This document shows, piece after piece, positions 17,865 to 31,768 of a stretch of 32,000 bases of DNA. The DNA comes from Vibrio cholerae ATCC 14035 (lineage in GTDB: Bacteria; Pseudomonadota; Gammaproteobacteria; Enterobacterales; Vibrionaceae): contig NZ_JHXR01000027.1 of NCBI RefSeq assembly GCF_000621645.1, forward strand, positions 11,665 through 43,664. Reading direction: 5' to 3'. Positions within the stretch are counted from its first letter, which is position 1. Every line of letters begins with the position of its first letter. The position numbers and the translations under genes are program-made. Under the pieces are notes generated by a model. That model did not search any database, was not told the DNA's origin, and was given only the letters and a program-made list of their open reading frames with translations.

Positions 17865-17926
17865 GTGCTTTGGCAATTTGCAAAGCACAAAAATAGAAAC
17901 CCGCCCAATTGGGCGGGTTTTGTTTT
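17865..17926. terminator. Two tandem hairpins after cspD; the second is a bidirectional terminator shared with icd
   Basis: Hairpin 1: gtgctttg (17865..17872) pairs with caaagcac (17881..17888). Hairpin 2: aaacccgccc (17897..17906) pairs with gggcgggttt (17911..17920) around loop aatt, followed by tgtttt and preceded by an A-rich run. Confidence 0.8.
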
Positions 17927-17941
17927 GGTGTCTAAACTAGA

Positions 17942-20176
<2,235 letters not shown>

Positions 20177-20474
20177 CTATCTGTTCTAACAGCACCATTG
20201 GATGCAATGACACTGTGTGACTGTCCGTTCTCAAGTCGGCGACATCCCCTCAACCTGAGTACGATCTTCTCACTCTTGCAAATCCTGTGTTCGAATGACG
20301 TTGAGCCGCCTTCGAGCTCGTCCTTGAGTGAAGGTATTTATAATTAAACAAATTGAAGACAATAGTCTATTATCTTGTTCGTTAAACCTTTTCCAGGGCG
20401 CAAATGATAGCCGATCTCGCCTCTACGGAAAACTTTCAAACACAGTTTATTTACATTTTTGCAAGGTGCTTAAC

Positions 20475-21200
20475 ATGTCATCTCGCTTGTCCAGCGATGC
20501 CACCTCCTCTTCTTCCGATCAACGAAAGTCGCATTTTAAACAAAGAGCCGCGAAAAACGCTGGCCATCCACCAACGAGAGCAAATCGAAAGAGTGTTGCT
20601 AACAAGAAAAAAAATGCCACTCAAACGGCTTTGTCACCTAAGCGCCCCCTTTCTCCTGCTGAGCGTAAAGTGATCCTGTTTAATAAACCTTATGACACTT
20701 TAAGCCAATTTACCGATGGGGATGGAAGAAAAACCTTGGCCGACTACATCCCAATTAAGGATGTTTACGCCGCAGGACGTTTGGATCGCGATAGCGAAGG
20801 ACTACTGATTTTAACCAATGATGGAATTTTGCAGGCCAGATTGACTCAGCCGCAGTCCAAAGCGCCAAAAACTTACTGGGTGCAAGTTGAAGGTTCGCCA
20901 CAAGAGAGCGACCTTGAGGCATTGCGCCACGGAGTGACCTTAAAAGATGGCCCGACTTTACCGGCGAAAGTCGACATCATGCCCGAACCCACGCTTTGGC
21001 CACGCAATCCGCCGGTGCGTTTTCGCGCAGCAATTCCGACCACATGGTTAGCCATTACTTTAATGGAAGGGCGTAATCGCCAAGTACGACGCATGACGGC
21101 GCACATCGGTTTCCCGACTCTACGCTTGATTCGTTACTCCATGGGCGATTGGAACTTGGGAGATTTGCAGCCCGGTGAGTGGCGGGAAGTGACGCTTTAA
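20475..21200 (+). CDS. rluE: 23S rRNA pseudouridine(2457) synthase RluE, with a Ser/Lys-rich N-terminal extension
   Basis: Start moved from 20328 to ATG 20475, which follows AAGGTG. The core [40 protein letters not shown] and [23 protein letters not shown] is collinear with E. coli RluE. Confidence 0.88.
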   Translation: MSSRLSSDATSSSSDQRKSHFKQRAAKNAGHPPTRANRKSVANKKKNATQTALSPKRPLSPAERKVILFNKPYDTLSQFTDGDGRKTLADYIPIKDVYAAGRLDRDSEGLLILTNDGILQARLTQPQSKAPKTYWVQVEGSPQESDLEALRHGVTLKDGPTLPAKVDIMPEPTLWPRNPPVRFRAAIPTTWLAITLMEGRNRQVRRMTAHIGFPTLRLIRYSMGDWNLGDLQPGEWREVTL

Positions 21201-21221
21201 TACTCTGATTAATCAAAAATA

Positions 21222-21346
21222 TATAGCCAAACTACTTGGAGTTGCAGGTAGGCGGCAAATGAGTGAATCCCCATGAGCATAGATACACTATGTGATTGGG
21301 GTGAACGAATGCAGCCAACACCGCTGCAGCTTCAAGTAGGAAGGCA
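21222..21346. repeat. ERIC/IRU-type intergenic repeat (about 125-bp imperfect palindrome)
   Basis: gtgaatccccatgagcatagat resembles the complement of primer ERIC1R (GTGAATCCCCAGGAGCTTACAT). ctatgtgattggggtgaacg resembles primer ERIC2 (AAGTAAGTGACTGGGGTGAGCG). The outer arms tacttggagttgcag (21233..) and ctgcagcttcaagta (..21338) are inverted copies. Confidence 0.75.
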
Positions 21347-21378
21347 ATAACGCCCCAATAATGGGGCGTTATTGTTTG
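21345..21378. terminator. Terminator hairpin between rluE and hisIE
   Basis: 13-bp stem: caataacgcccca (21345..21357) pairs with tggggcgttattg (21362..21374). A T-rich tail is present on the + strand only. Confidence 0.65.
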
Positions 21379-21400
21379 GTTGGAGAAACTCGTCTACCAA

Positions 21401-22029
21401 TTACTTATGGCGTTCTTTCAGCTTATTGATCACATCATTCATGGCTAAGCCTTGCTCTTGCAGCAACACCAACAAGTGATACATCAAGTCGGCGGATTCG
21501 CAAATCAGCTCCTCCTTATCCCCTGCCGTCGCCGCCAACGCGACTTCAACCCCTTCTTCACCCACTTTCTGCGCAATGCGTTTGGTGCCACGCGCATACA
21601 AAGAGGCCGTGTAAGAAGAACTGGGATCGGCATTTTTGCGCTCTGCCAACAGTTGTTCCAACTGATGAAGCCAAACCATTTGTGACTCCTCTTGTGCATC
21701 ACCATCCCAACAGGTCACGGTGCCTGTGTGACAGGTTGGGCCAATCGGGTTCACTTTCACCAGTAGCGTATCTTGGTCGCAATCCAGCGCGATATTTTTC
21801 AGTTGCAACACATGACCTGAGGTTTCTCCCTTAGTCCACAAACGCTGTTTGCTGCGCGAGAAAAAGGTCACTTGCTGAGTATCGAGGGTTTTTTGCAACG
21901 CTTCAGGGTTCATATACCCCATCATTAAGACTTGGCTGGACTGAAAATCTTGCACAATGGCGGGCACAAGTCCATCGACTTTCTGCCAATCAATACGGTC
22001 GGTTAGCGTGGCAAATGGGCTTGCTGGAT

Positions 22030-22033
<4 letters not shown>
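21401..22033 (-). CDS. hisI: Bifunctional phosphoribosyl-AMP cyclohydrolase / phosphoribosyl-ATP pyrophosphatase HisIE
   Basis: 210 aa. Last gene of the his operon. Its ATGA start overlaps the hisF stop. Confidence 0.95.
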
Positions 22034-23564
<1,531 letters not shown>

Positions 23565-24176
23565 CTAAAGCTCAAGAAAGTTTTGAATCAAGCGTGCGCC
23601 CGCTTTTGAAGAGCGCTCAGGGTGAAATTGCACCCCGTAATAGTTCCCTGCTTGAATCGCTGCGCTAAACGGCTGACCATATTCGCACTGGGCAATGGTG
23701 TAATCGCCAACGGGCATGGCAAAGCTGTGCACAAAGTAGAAGTACGCATCAGGTTCTATACCGTTAAACAGTGGATGCCCCTCTTTCACTTGCACCGTGT
23801 TCCAGCCCATGTGTGGCAACGGCAGATCGCCGGTTTGCAGCAAACGGACTTCGCCATCGACTAACCCTAAGCACTGCACAATCTCATCGGCTTTCTGGCC
23901 TTTTTCTTCCGACAATTTGCCAAGCAATTGCATGCCAAGGCAGATGCCAAGCAATGGTTTCTCAACCCGTTTCACCAACTCGATCAAATCACGTTCGGTG
24001 AGGTTTTTCATCGCTTCGCTCGCGGTGCCAACTCCGGGCAGAAACAGTTTATCTGCCGCGAGTACCACTTGCGGATCGCGCGAAATCGTCACCGCATAAC
24101 CTAATCGTTCAATGGCGAATTTGACCGAGGAGATATTGGCGCAGCCAGTATCAATAATCACCACATTCTGAGTCAT
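23565..24176 (-). CDS. hisH: Imidazole glycerol phosphate synthase glutaminase subunit HisH
   Basis: 203 aa with the GICLGMQ catalytic Cys and the FHPE motif. The start shares its A with the hisB stop (ATGA). Confidence 0.97.
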   Translation of the reverse strand: MTQNVVIIDTGCANISSVKFAIERLGYAVTISRDPQVVLAADKLFLPGVGTASEAMKNLTERDLIELVKRVEKPLLGICLGMQLLGKLSEEKGQKADEIVQCLGLVDGEVRLLQTGDLPLPHMGWNTVQVKEGHPLFNGIEPDAYFYFVHSFAMPVGDYTIAQCEYGQPFSAAIQAGNYYGVQFHPERSSKAGARLIQNFLEL

Positions 24177-25249
24177 CAGAGCACCCCTTTACTGCTCGGC
24201 AGATCGTTACCTTGCACCGTGATGGCTTGACGCAGCGTGCGGCCAAACGCTTTAAACAGGCTCTCAATGATGTGGTGATCGTTATCGCCACTGGAAGAGA
24301 GGTGCAGAGTACACGCCAAAGTATCGGTCAATGAGCGAAAGAAGTGATACACCATCTCAGTCGACAGATCGCCCACTTGCGGGCGGCTAAAGCTCGCATC
24401 AAATTTCAGATACGGGCGGCCCGAGAGATCCAACGCGCACTGTGCCAAACACTCATCCATGGGCAATGTGAAACCAAAGCGTCCAATACCACGTTTGTCA
24501 CCCAGTGCTTCACGCAGTGCTTGCCCTAGTGCCAAGGCGGTATCTTCCACCGTGTGGTGATCATCAATGTGCAGATCGCCCACCACTTTCAGTTGCAGTT
24601 GGAAACCGCCGTGGGTCGCGATTTGATCTAGCATGTGATCAAAAAAGCCCAATCCAGTTTCAATCTGATTACCGCCAGTTTGGTCAAGATTGACTAGAAC
24701 CTGAATATCGGTCTCTTTGGTTTTACGCACCACTTGGGCAACACGTGGCTTGGTGGTGAGATCTTTAACGATATCCAGCCACCCCATGGTTTGTGGGTGG
24801 TATTGAATACCGCGAATCGCCATATTTTCAGCCAGTTGCAGATCGGTCATGCGATCGCCAATCACGGCTGACGATTTGAAATCGACTTTGCCACCTTGCA
24901 GATACTCTTTGACCAAGCCAAGTTTCGGTTTGCGGCACGAACAGTTATCACGCTCAAAGTGCGGGCAAATCAGCACATCATTAAACTTCACGCCTTGCGA
25001 TTCAAAAATGTCCATCATCATGTTATGCGGCGCATCGAAATCCGCTTGCGGGTAGCTTGAAGTGCCTAAACCATCCTGATTGGTCACCATCACCAAACGA
25101 TAACCCGCCTCTTGTAGCTTGAGCAGGCTTGGGATCACATAAGGCTCAAGTTTGAGTTTGTCCAAACGGTCAACTTGAAAATCCACTGGCGGCTCAACAA
25201 TTAAGGTGCCGTCGCGGTCGATAAAAAGAATTTTTTGTTGTTTGCTCAC
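24176..25249 (-). CDS. hisB: Bifunctional histidinol-phosphatase / imidazoleglycerol-phosphate dehydratase HisB
   Basis: 357 aa with a GTG start after AAAGGA. Motifs [10 protein letters not shown] and DDHHTVED are present. Confidence 0.96.
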   Translation of the reverse strand: MSKQQKILFIDRDGTLIVEPPVDFQVDRLDKLKLEPYVIPSLLKLQEAGYRLVMVTNQDGLGTSSYPQADFDAPHNMMMDIFESQGVKFNDVLICPHFERDNCSCRKPKLGLVKEYLQGGKVDFKSSAVIGDRMTDLQLAENMAIRGIQYHPQTMGWLDIVKDLTTKPRVAQVVRKTKETDIQVLVNLDQTGGNQIETGLGFFDHMLDQIATHGGFQLQLKVVGDLHIDDHHTVEDTALALGQALREALGDKRGIGRFGFTLPMDECLAQCALDLSGRPYLKFDASFSRPQVGDLSTEMVYHFFRSLTDTLACTLHLSSSGDNDHHIIESLFKAFGRTLRQAITVQGNDLPSSKGVL

Positions 25250-25266
25250 AAGAATGTCCTTTTCAT

Positions 25267-25291
25267 CAGCAGCCCGCGCAGCGAGCTGCTG
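25267..25291 (-). other. GC-rich intercistronic stem-loop between hisC and hisB
   Basis: In mRNA sense, CAGCAGCUCGC-UGC-GCGGGCUGCUG forms 11 consecutive pairs (one G-U) around a 3-nt loop. No U-tract follows. Confidence 0.6.
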
Positions 25292-25300
25292 TAAACAAAA

Positions 25301-26344
<1,044 letters not shown>

Positions 26345-27640
26345 TTATTGAGCCTTCTGTAATTTTTCTACTCGAATCGTAACCGCACGTTTGTGCGCGT
26401 CTAACCCTTCCGCTTCCGCCATCGTTACTACGGTGGGCGCAAGCAATTGCAAGCCATCAGCGGTCAGCTCTTGCACTGTCATGCGTTTACTGAAATCGGC
26501 CAAACCTAAGCTGGAATAGGTGCGGGTGTAACCGTAAGTGGGTAGCACATGGTTGGTACCAGAAGCGTAATCGCCTACCGATTCTGGCGACCAATCGCCA
26601 AGGAAAATGGAGCCTGCGTTATCGAGCAGTGGAACCAACTCACGCGGGTTGCGCGTCTGCACAATCAAGTGCTCAGGGCCGTAGTAGTTAGAAATCGACA
26701 CTGCTTGGGTGAGTGATTCAGCAATAATGATCAGACTGGAAGCCAAGGCTTTTTCAGCAATGCTGGCGCGCGAAAGCACTTTAAGCTGCTTTTGCACTGC
26801 GTCCGTCACTTGATCGGCCAACACTGGTGATGGTGTGACCAGAACCACCTGTGAATCTGGGCCGTGCTCTGCCTGACTGAGTAGATCGGCGGCGATAAAA
26901 TTGGCATCCGCCGTTTCATCAGCAATCACCAATACTTCTGAAGGTCCTGCAGGCATATCAATCGCTGCGCCACGGAAATCGTTACTCACTTGGCGTTTTG
27001 CTTCCGTCACATAGGCGTTACCGGGGCCAAAGATTTTGTCAACTTTAGTCACCGTTTCCGTACCGTAAGCCATTGCGGCGATTGCCTGACCGCCGCCTAG
27101 GTTGTACACCTCATCGATGTTACACAGCTTAGCGACGTAGAGAATTTCATCAGCAATTGGCGGAGGTGAGCAGAGCACCACTTTACGACAACCAGCGATT
27201 TGCGCAGGCACACCGAGCATTAGTACGGTTGATGGTAGCGGTGCGCTGCCACCCGGAATATACAGACCCACTTTGTTGATCGGACGAGTGACTTGCTCAC
27301 ACACCACTCCGGGCATGGTTTCCACTTTGATTGGTTGCGCTTTTTGCGCCTTGTGGAATTTGCTGATGTTGTTGTATGCCTGCTCCAACGCCTGTTTCAT
27401 TGTTTCCGACAAACTCGCGGCCGCGGCATCCATCTCTTCGCGAGATACGCGCAGTGAAGCGGGTTTTACACGATCAAATTTTTCAGTTAATTCAAACAGT
27501 GCGGCATCACCCTCACTGCGCACTTTCGCAATCACCTGCGCAACTGCGGCAGTGATGTTTGCTCCTTCGGTAATCGCAGGACGTTCTAAAATCGATTCTT
27601 GCTGAGCTTCACTCAACGATTGCCAAACCACGGTTCTCAT
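26345..27640 (-). CDS. hisD: Histidinol dehydrogenase HisD
   Basis: 431 aa containing [21 protein letters not shown] and [13 protein letters not shown]. Confidence 0.97.
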   Translation of the reverse strand: MRTVVWQSLSEAQQESILERPAITEGANITAAVAQVIAKVRSEGDAALFELTEKFDRVKPASLRVSREEMDAAAASLSETMKQALEQAYNNISKFHKAQKAQPIKVETMPGVVCEQVTRPINKVGLYIPGGSAPLPSTVLMLGVPAQIAGCRKVVLCSPPPIADEILYVAKLCNIDEVYNLGGGQAIAAMAYGTETVTKVDKIFGPGNAYVTEAKRQVSNDFRGAAIDMPAGPSEVLVIADETADANFIAADLLSQAEHGPDSQVVLVTPSPVLADQVTDAVQKQLKVLSRASIAEKALASSLIIIAESLTQAVSISNYYGPEHLIVQTRNPRELVPLLDNAGSIFLGDWSPESVGDYASGTNHVLPTYGYTRTYSSLGLADFSKRMTVQELTADGLQLLAPTVVTMAEAEGLDAHKRAVTIRVEKLQKAQ

Positions 27641-27644
27641 CGCC

Positions 27645-28541
27645 TTACTCCATCATTTTTTCAATCGGTAACACCAAAATTGAGCTAGCACCGAGGGCTT
27701 TCAGCTGCTCCATGGTTTCCCAGAATAGATTTTCCGAACTCACCATGTGTACCGCGACTTTGGATTTGTCGGCAGACAAGGGAAGCACTGTTGGGTCTTC
27801 CGCTCCGGGCAACAAGGTTTTGATTTGCGCCAACTTCTCAACCGGAGCGTGCAGCATGATGTATTTCGATTCTTTGGCTTGTTGCACGCCGTGCATGCGA
27901 GTGAGGAGTTTATCGATCAGTGCAGCTTTATCGGCAGCAAAAGCACCTGGGCGCTGAATAAGCGTCGCTTTGGATTCAAAAATCACTTCCACTTCTTTAA
28001 GACCGTTGGCTTCTAAGGTCGCGCCAGTGGAGACCAGATCCGCAATCGCATCGGCTAATCCCGCGCGCGGTGCAACTTCAACCGACCCCGTCAACATACA
28101 GGTGCTGAAATCCACGCCTTGGCGATCCATATAAGCTTTGAGCAGTTGTGGGTAGGTGGTGGCAATACGCTTACCATTCAGATCTTGCGGGCCACGATAC
28201 TCAGCATCTTTTTCAATCGCGATCGACAGACGGCAACCACCAAAGTCCATACGACGAAGAGTGGTAAATTCGTTACGTTGGTTGAGTGCTAGGCGATCTA
28301 AACGTGTTTCTTCAAGCACGTTTTCACCAACAAAACCCAAATCCACCACCCCATCCATGATCAGTCCTGGAATGTCATCGTCACGCACCAACAACAGGTC
28401 AATCGGCATATTCAGTGAATGAACCACCAAGCGCTCGCCCATGATGTTGAATTTCACACCGCATTTTTTCAGCAGTTCTTGGCACTCTTGGCTCAGGCGG
28501 CCTTTTTTCTGTATCGCGATTCTTAGTCGTTGTGTTTGCAT
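27645..28541 (-). CDS. hisG: ATP phosphoribosyltransferase HisG (long form)
   Basis: Start moved from TTG 28559 to ATG 28541 ([17 protein letters not shown]), which follows an AAGGAAG Shine-Dalgarno. The C-terminus [11 protein letters not shown] is as in E. coli. Confidence 0.95.
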
Positions 28542-28589
28542 GTCATTCTTCCTTTGCAATTTGTTGAATTTAATAATTTTTCCAAAGCT

Positions 28590-28708
28590 TAAAACGAAAA
28601 ACCCTCGGGAGGTTTGGTCTCCCGAGGGTTAGAATCTTTTTATGGCTCTGATTTCAACTCCGGGAGATTCCTGTCCCCCGGGTATGCGTACATCTCCCGA
28701 AAGACACC
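28590..28708 (-). promoter_or_regulatory. his operon transcription attenuator (alternative hairpins plus terminator)
   Basis: The terminator in mRNA sense is AACCCUCGGGAG-ACCAAAC-CUCCCGAGGGUU followed by UUUCGUUUU (plus-strand 28630..28590). Upstream CUCCCGG/CGGGAG segments at 28658..28668 and 28691..28703 can pair with each other and with the terminator arms. Confidence 0.85.
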
Positions 28709-28753
28709 TTAGGGATGATGATGGTGATGAATGTTCATTACGAAATTACGCAT
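28709..28753 (-). CDS. hisL: his operon leader peptide, MRNFVMNIHHHHHP
   Basis: ATG CGT AAT TTC GTA ATG AAC ATT CAT CAC CAT CAT CAT CCC TAA on the minus strand: five consecutive His codons directly upstream of the attenuator. Initiation could instead occur at the internal ATG (28738). Confidence 0.8.
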   Translation of the reverse strand: MRNFVMNIHHHHHP

Positions 28754-28904
28754 ACTTAGTGGTTTCTGTCTGTTTGAGAACTGCCTTCACACTAACTAAG
28801 CTAAGTTTTTTTTTCAACCACAAATTGACACTTTTCTGGTTATTTTTTTATGACGGCTTTAAGAGCTCATCACCACCACTCAAAGCTGCAATTAAGGTTA
28901 GCGA

Positions 28905-28930
28905 TAAAAAAAGAGGCCGACTGGCCTCTT
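28905..28930 (-). terminator. Rho-independent terminator of the NhaC-family gene
   Basis: In mRNA sense, AAGAGGCC-AGUC-GGCCUCUU is followed by UUUUUUA, 20 nt after the stop codon. Confidence 0.85.
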
Positions 28931-28949
28931 ATCTCTATAGCGATGCAAA

Positions 28950-30551
28950 TTAGGCAGACACCTGTTTGCTCACTTTGGCTTTTGATAGTGCTGCAAAAAT
29001 TAAGCAAACCACCACAAAACTCACGGATGCGGCAGCTAAAGCCAGCCCGAGTGAAGCAAAAATTCCCAGCACCACGTAACCAATCGCTGACACTAACGCA
29101 ACCGCCAATGCGTAAGGCAGTTGAGTCGCAACATGGTCAATATGATGACAACGTGCTCCCGTCGAAGAGAGAATCGTGGTATCTGAAATCGGCGAACAGT
29201 GATCGCCAAATACGGAACCGGCAAGTACCGCACCGAGCATCGGCAGCATAAGTGCAATATCTGTAGCGCCAGCCATGTCACCCGCAATCGGCAGCATGAT
29301 GCCAAAAGTGCCCCATGATGTACCGGTAGAAAACGCCATCGCACCAGACAGCACAAACAGAATGACCGGAAGCCAATGTGGGTCAATATTGCCTTGTACG
29401 AGAGAAGAGAGATAAGCACCGGTCTTCATGTCACCGATGACAGAACCTATGGTCCACGCAAAAATCAGGATCAAAATTGCACCAAACATCGATTTCGCAC
29501 CAATCCATAAGGTTTTTGCGATTTCAGCCGTCGGTAGTTTTTGGCGCAACACGGTCACAAAAGCCATCGCCAGACCAACTAATCCACCATATACCAATGA
29601 AGTACCAACATTGGTATTTTCAAACGCCCCAAAAATATCAAACGACTGACCACTTTCCGCTAATGCACTTGCGCCAGTCCAAATCATCGCACCAATGGTC
29701 GCAACGACTAAAAACACAATCGGCAACACGAGATCGAGTACTGTACCGCGTTCACTTTCACGAATATCAAGCTCTTCATTGAGTTCGTGGGCCTCTTGTG
29801 TATCTGTACTCGGGTCTTCATCAAAACCACGCCCTTGAGAAGCGGCAATTTCATGCTTGCGCATCTGGCCGATATCCATTTGGAACCACACCACCGCAAA
29901 TACCATCAGCAACGCAAAGATCGCATAGAAGTTCATCGGCACTAAACGCAGATAAGCACCTAATGCGGAATACTCCTCGATACCGTGCGAAACTAAAATG
30001 CCACCGATAATGGTCATGATATACGCACCCCAACTTGAGGCGGGCATGACCACACACATAGGCGCAGCAGTGGAATCCAGAATGTAAGCGAGTTTGGCAC
30101 GCGAAACGTAAAAACGATCGGTCACTGGGCGAGAAATAGAACCGACAGCGAGGCTATTAAAATAGTCGTCAACAAAAATGAATACGCCTAAAAATGCCGC
30201 CAGTAATTTAGAGCCACGTTTACTTTTCACCCGGACTTGTGCCCACTGAGCAAAAGCGCGAGTGCCGCCCGACAACGTCAGTAGCGCAGTCATCATACCC
30301 AGTAACAGTAAAAAGCCGACAATACTCATATTCCAAGCATTGATCGCGCCCTCTTTGACAAACACGCTACCCACTTGTGTGGCGATATATTGCAACGACT
30401 GACCAATAGAATAATCAGCCAGCAGTAAAGCACCTAAAAAAATCCCCACGCCAAGAGAAAGGAGTACACGGCGAGTCACAATAGCCAAACTCAATGCCAC
30501 CAGCGGTGGTAAAACAGAGAGTGGCGAAGAAGCAAAATCGATTAAATTCAT
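28950..30551 (-). CDS. NhaC-family Na+/H+ antiporter-type transporter; substrate not assignable
   Basis: 533-aa polytopic membrane protein. It contains DDYFNSLAVGSISRPVTD and STAAPMCVVMP blocks that I associate with the NhaC family. An acidic cytoplasmic loop spans aa ~225-270. Confidence 0.75.
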   Translation of the reverse strand: MNLIDFASSPLSVLPPLVALSLAIVTRRVLLSLGVGIFLGALLLADYSIGQSLQYIATQVGSVFVKEGAINAWNMSIVGFLLLLGMMTALLTLSGGTRAFAQWAQVRVKSKRGSKLLAAFLGVFIFVDDYFNSLAVGSISRPVTDRFYVSRAKLAYILDSTAAPMCVVMPASSWGAYIMTIIGGILVSHGIEEYSALGAYLRLVPMNFYAIFALLMVFAVVWFQMDIGQMRKHEIAASQGRGFDEDPSTDTQEAHELNEELDIRESERGTVLDLVLPIVFLVVATIGAMIWTGASALAESGQSFDIFGAFENTNVGTSLVYGGLVGLAMAFVTVLRQKLPTAEIAKTLWIGAKSMFGAILILIFAWTIGSVIGDMKTGAYLSSLVQGNIDPHWLPVILFVLSGAMAFSTGTSWGTFGIMLPIAGDMAGATDIALMLPMLGAVLAGSVFGDHCSPISDTTILSSTGARCHHIDHVATQLPYALAVALVSAIGYVVLGIFASLGLALAAASVSFVVVCLIFAALSKAKVSKQVSA

Positions 30552-31244
30552 GATCTTCCTAAACCAGTAAAAAATGGTTAGAGATCTACTGCAGACAAAT
30601 CAAGCGACATCATGTCAACTTAATTTATGTTGAACTAAGCGAAAGGGAAGCGAACACTTCACCCAACCCTACAGTAGCGCTCCATAGTTTAACAACAATA
30701 TAGACTATGGCAGTGTTACACCTATTGAATGTAACCCCAGCCAACTGCGTTGATGGGCAAGTTGACTTCGGCGGCAACGCCTTTTTCCACAATTCATTGG
30801 CATCACCCCAACTGTGGATACTTTTCGTAACCGCTCCTCTACGGCGAAAACTTCATCCTAATCTGCCAATTCATTTGGCTCATTTAGTCTGCTTTTCGCA
30901 TTAGGTGAGAGACATTTTACTTAACAAAAATATCAATGCAACTAGGTTCCAGTGAGAAAAACAAGTGCCACAGCTCACAAATCAATCATTTCATTGATAC
31001 TTATTTCATAAAAACACCGCAAGACTTGATATATAGAACTAATATTATTTACCTGTATGATAAGTTCCTGCAGCTGCTTTTATATGCGTCTGCAGTATTC
31101 TAAATAGTAAATTCATTAAATAAACATCATTTTATATTTTTACTTTCTTACTATTTTGACTTAATATTTGCAGCGAAAACTTGTCAGTATAATAAGCTAG
31201 GTTTAGTATTAACTCGTTATCCAAATTGTGAACAGGAAATGGTA

Positions 31245-31652
31245 ATGTCGGAAATCACTAAGACTTTATTAAATATTCGTAGCCTACGTGCTTATGCACG
31301 CGAACTGACTATTGAGCAACTTGAAGAAGCGTTAGATAAATTAACGACCGTCGTTCAAGAGCGTAAAGAAGCAGAAGCAGAAGAAATTGCTGCTCGTGCA
31401 GAGCAAGAAGCGAAATTAGCCGCAATTGCTGAACAAATTGCTAAAGATGGTATCGACCTCGAAGCGCTTATTTCTGCGCTATCAGGCGAAACTAAAACGA
31501 AAGCAAAAGGCAAACGTGCACCTCGCCCTGCAAAATACAAGTATATCGACACCAACGGTGAAGAAAAAACTTGGACAGGCCAAGGCCGTACTCCTTCAGT
31601 GATCCAAAAAGCACTGGATGAAGGTAAATCTCTGGAAGAATTCGCTCTGTAA
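31245..31652 (+). CDS. hns: Nucleoid-associated protein H-NS (VicH)
   Basis: Start moved to ATG 31245 (MSEITKTLLNIRSLRAYAREL). AGGAA Shine-Dalgarno 6 nt upstream. The C-terminal DNA-binding motif TWTGQGRTP is present. 135 aa. Confidence 0.95.
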   Translation: MSEITKTLLNIRSLRAYARELTIEQLEEALDKLTTVVQERKEAEAEEIAARAEQEAKLAAIAEQIAKDGIDLEALISALSGETKTKAKGKRAPRPAKYKYIDTNGEEKTWTGQGRTPSVIQKALDEGKSLEEFAL

Positions 31653-31721
31653 TTTTGCCAGAAACTAAAATGATAAAGGCTCCTGTAGCGAGCCGCGAGA
31701 AATGAGCAATCGAGACTATAA

Positions 31722-31749
31722 AAATGAGCACTAACCATAGTGCTCATTT
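31722..31749. terminator. Bidirectional terminator after hns
   Basis: Stem aaatgagcac (31722..31731) pairs with gtgctcattt (31740..31749) around an 8-nt loop. It sits between convergent genes. Confidence 0.75.
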
Positions 31750-31768
31750 CATTAGGGTTAAACAAAAT

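Noticed and set aside
28642-29251. Two + strand ORFs (103 aa at 28642..28953 and 133 aa at 28850..29251) lying between hisG and the NhaC-family gene.
   Set aside because: The first is the antisense shadow of the his leader/attenuator; its DDDGDE run is simply the complement of the His codons. The second runs antisense into the 3' end of the transporter gene. Neither has a Shine-Dalgarno or a recognisable sequence, and the region is fully explained by hisL, the attenuator, the his promoter and the nhaC terminator.
30580-30600. AGAGATCT ACTGCAGA, a possible pair of MetJ boxes upstream of the NhaC-family gene. Some family members are methionine transporters.
   Set aside because: The first octamer matches AGACGTCT at 6 of 8 positions and the second essentially not at all. 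There is no basis to assign methionine regulation or substrate.
30707-30904. A 65-aa + strand ORF in the nhaC-hns spacer.
   Set aside because: It has no ribosome-binding site and no recognisable motif, and a terminator-like hairpin lies inside it. I treat it as non-coding. The region itself is kept as a finding.
31355-31765. 136-aa and 79-aa minus-strand ORFs overlapping hns.
   Set aside because: They are antisense shadows of the Ala/Glu-rich hns coding sequence, with no independent support.
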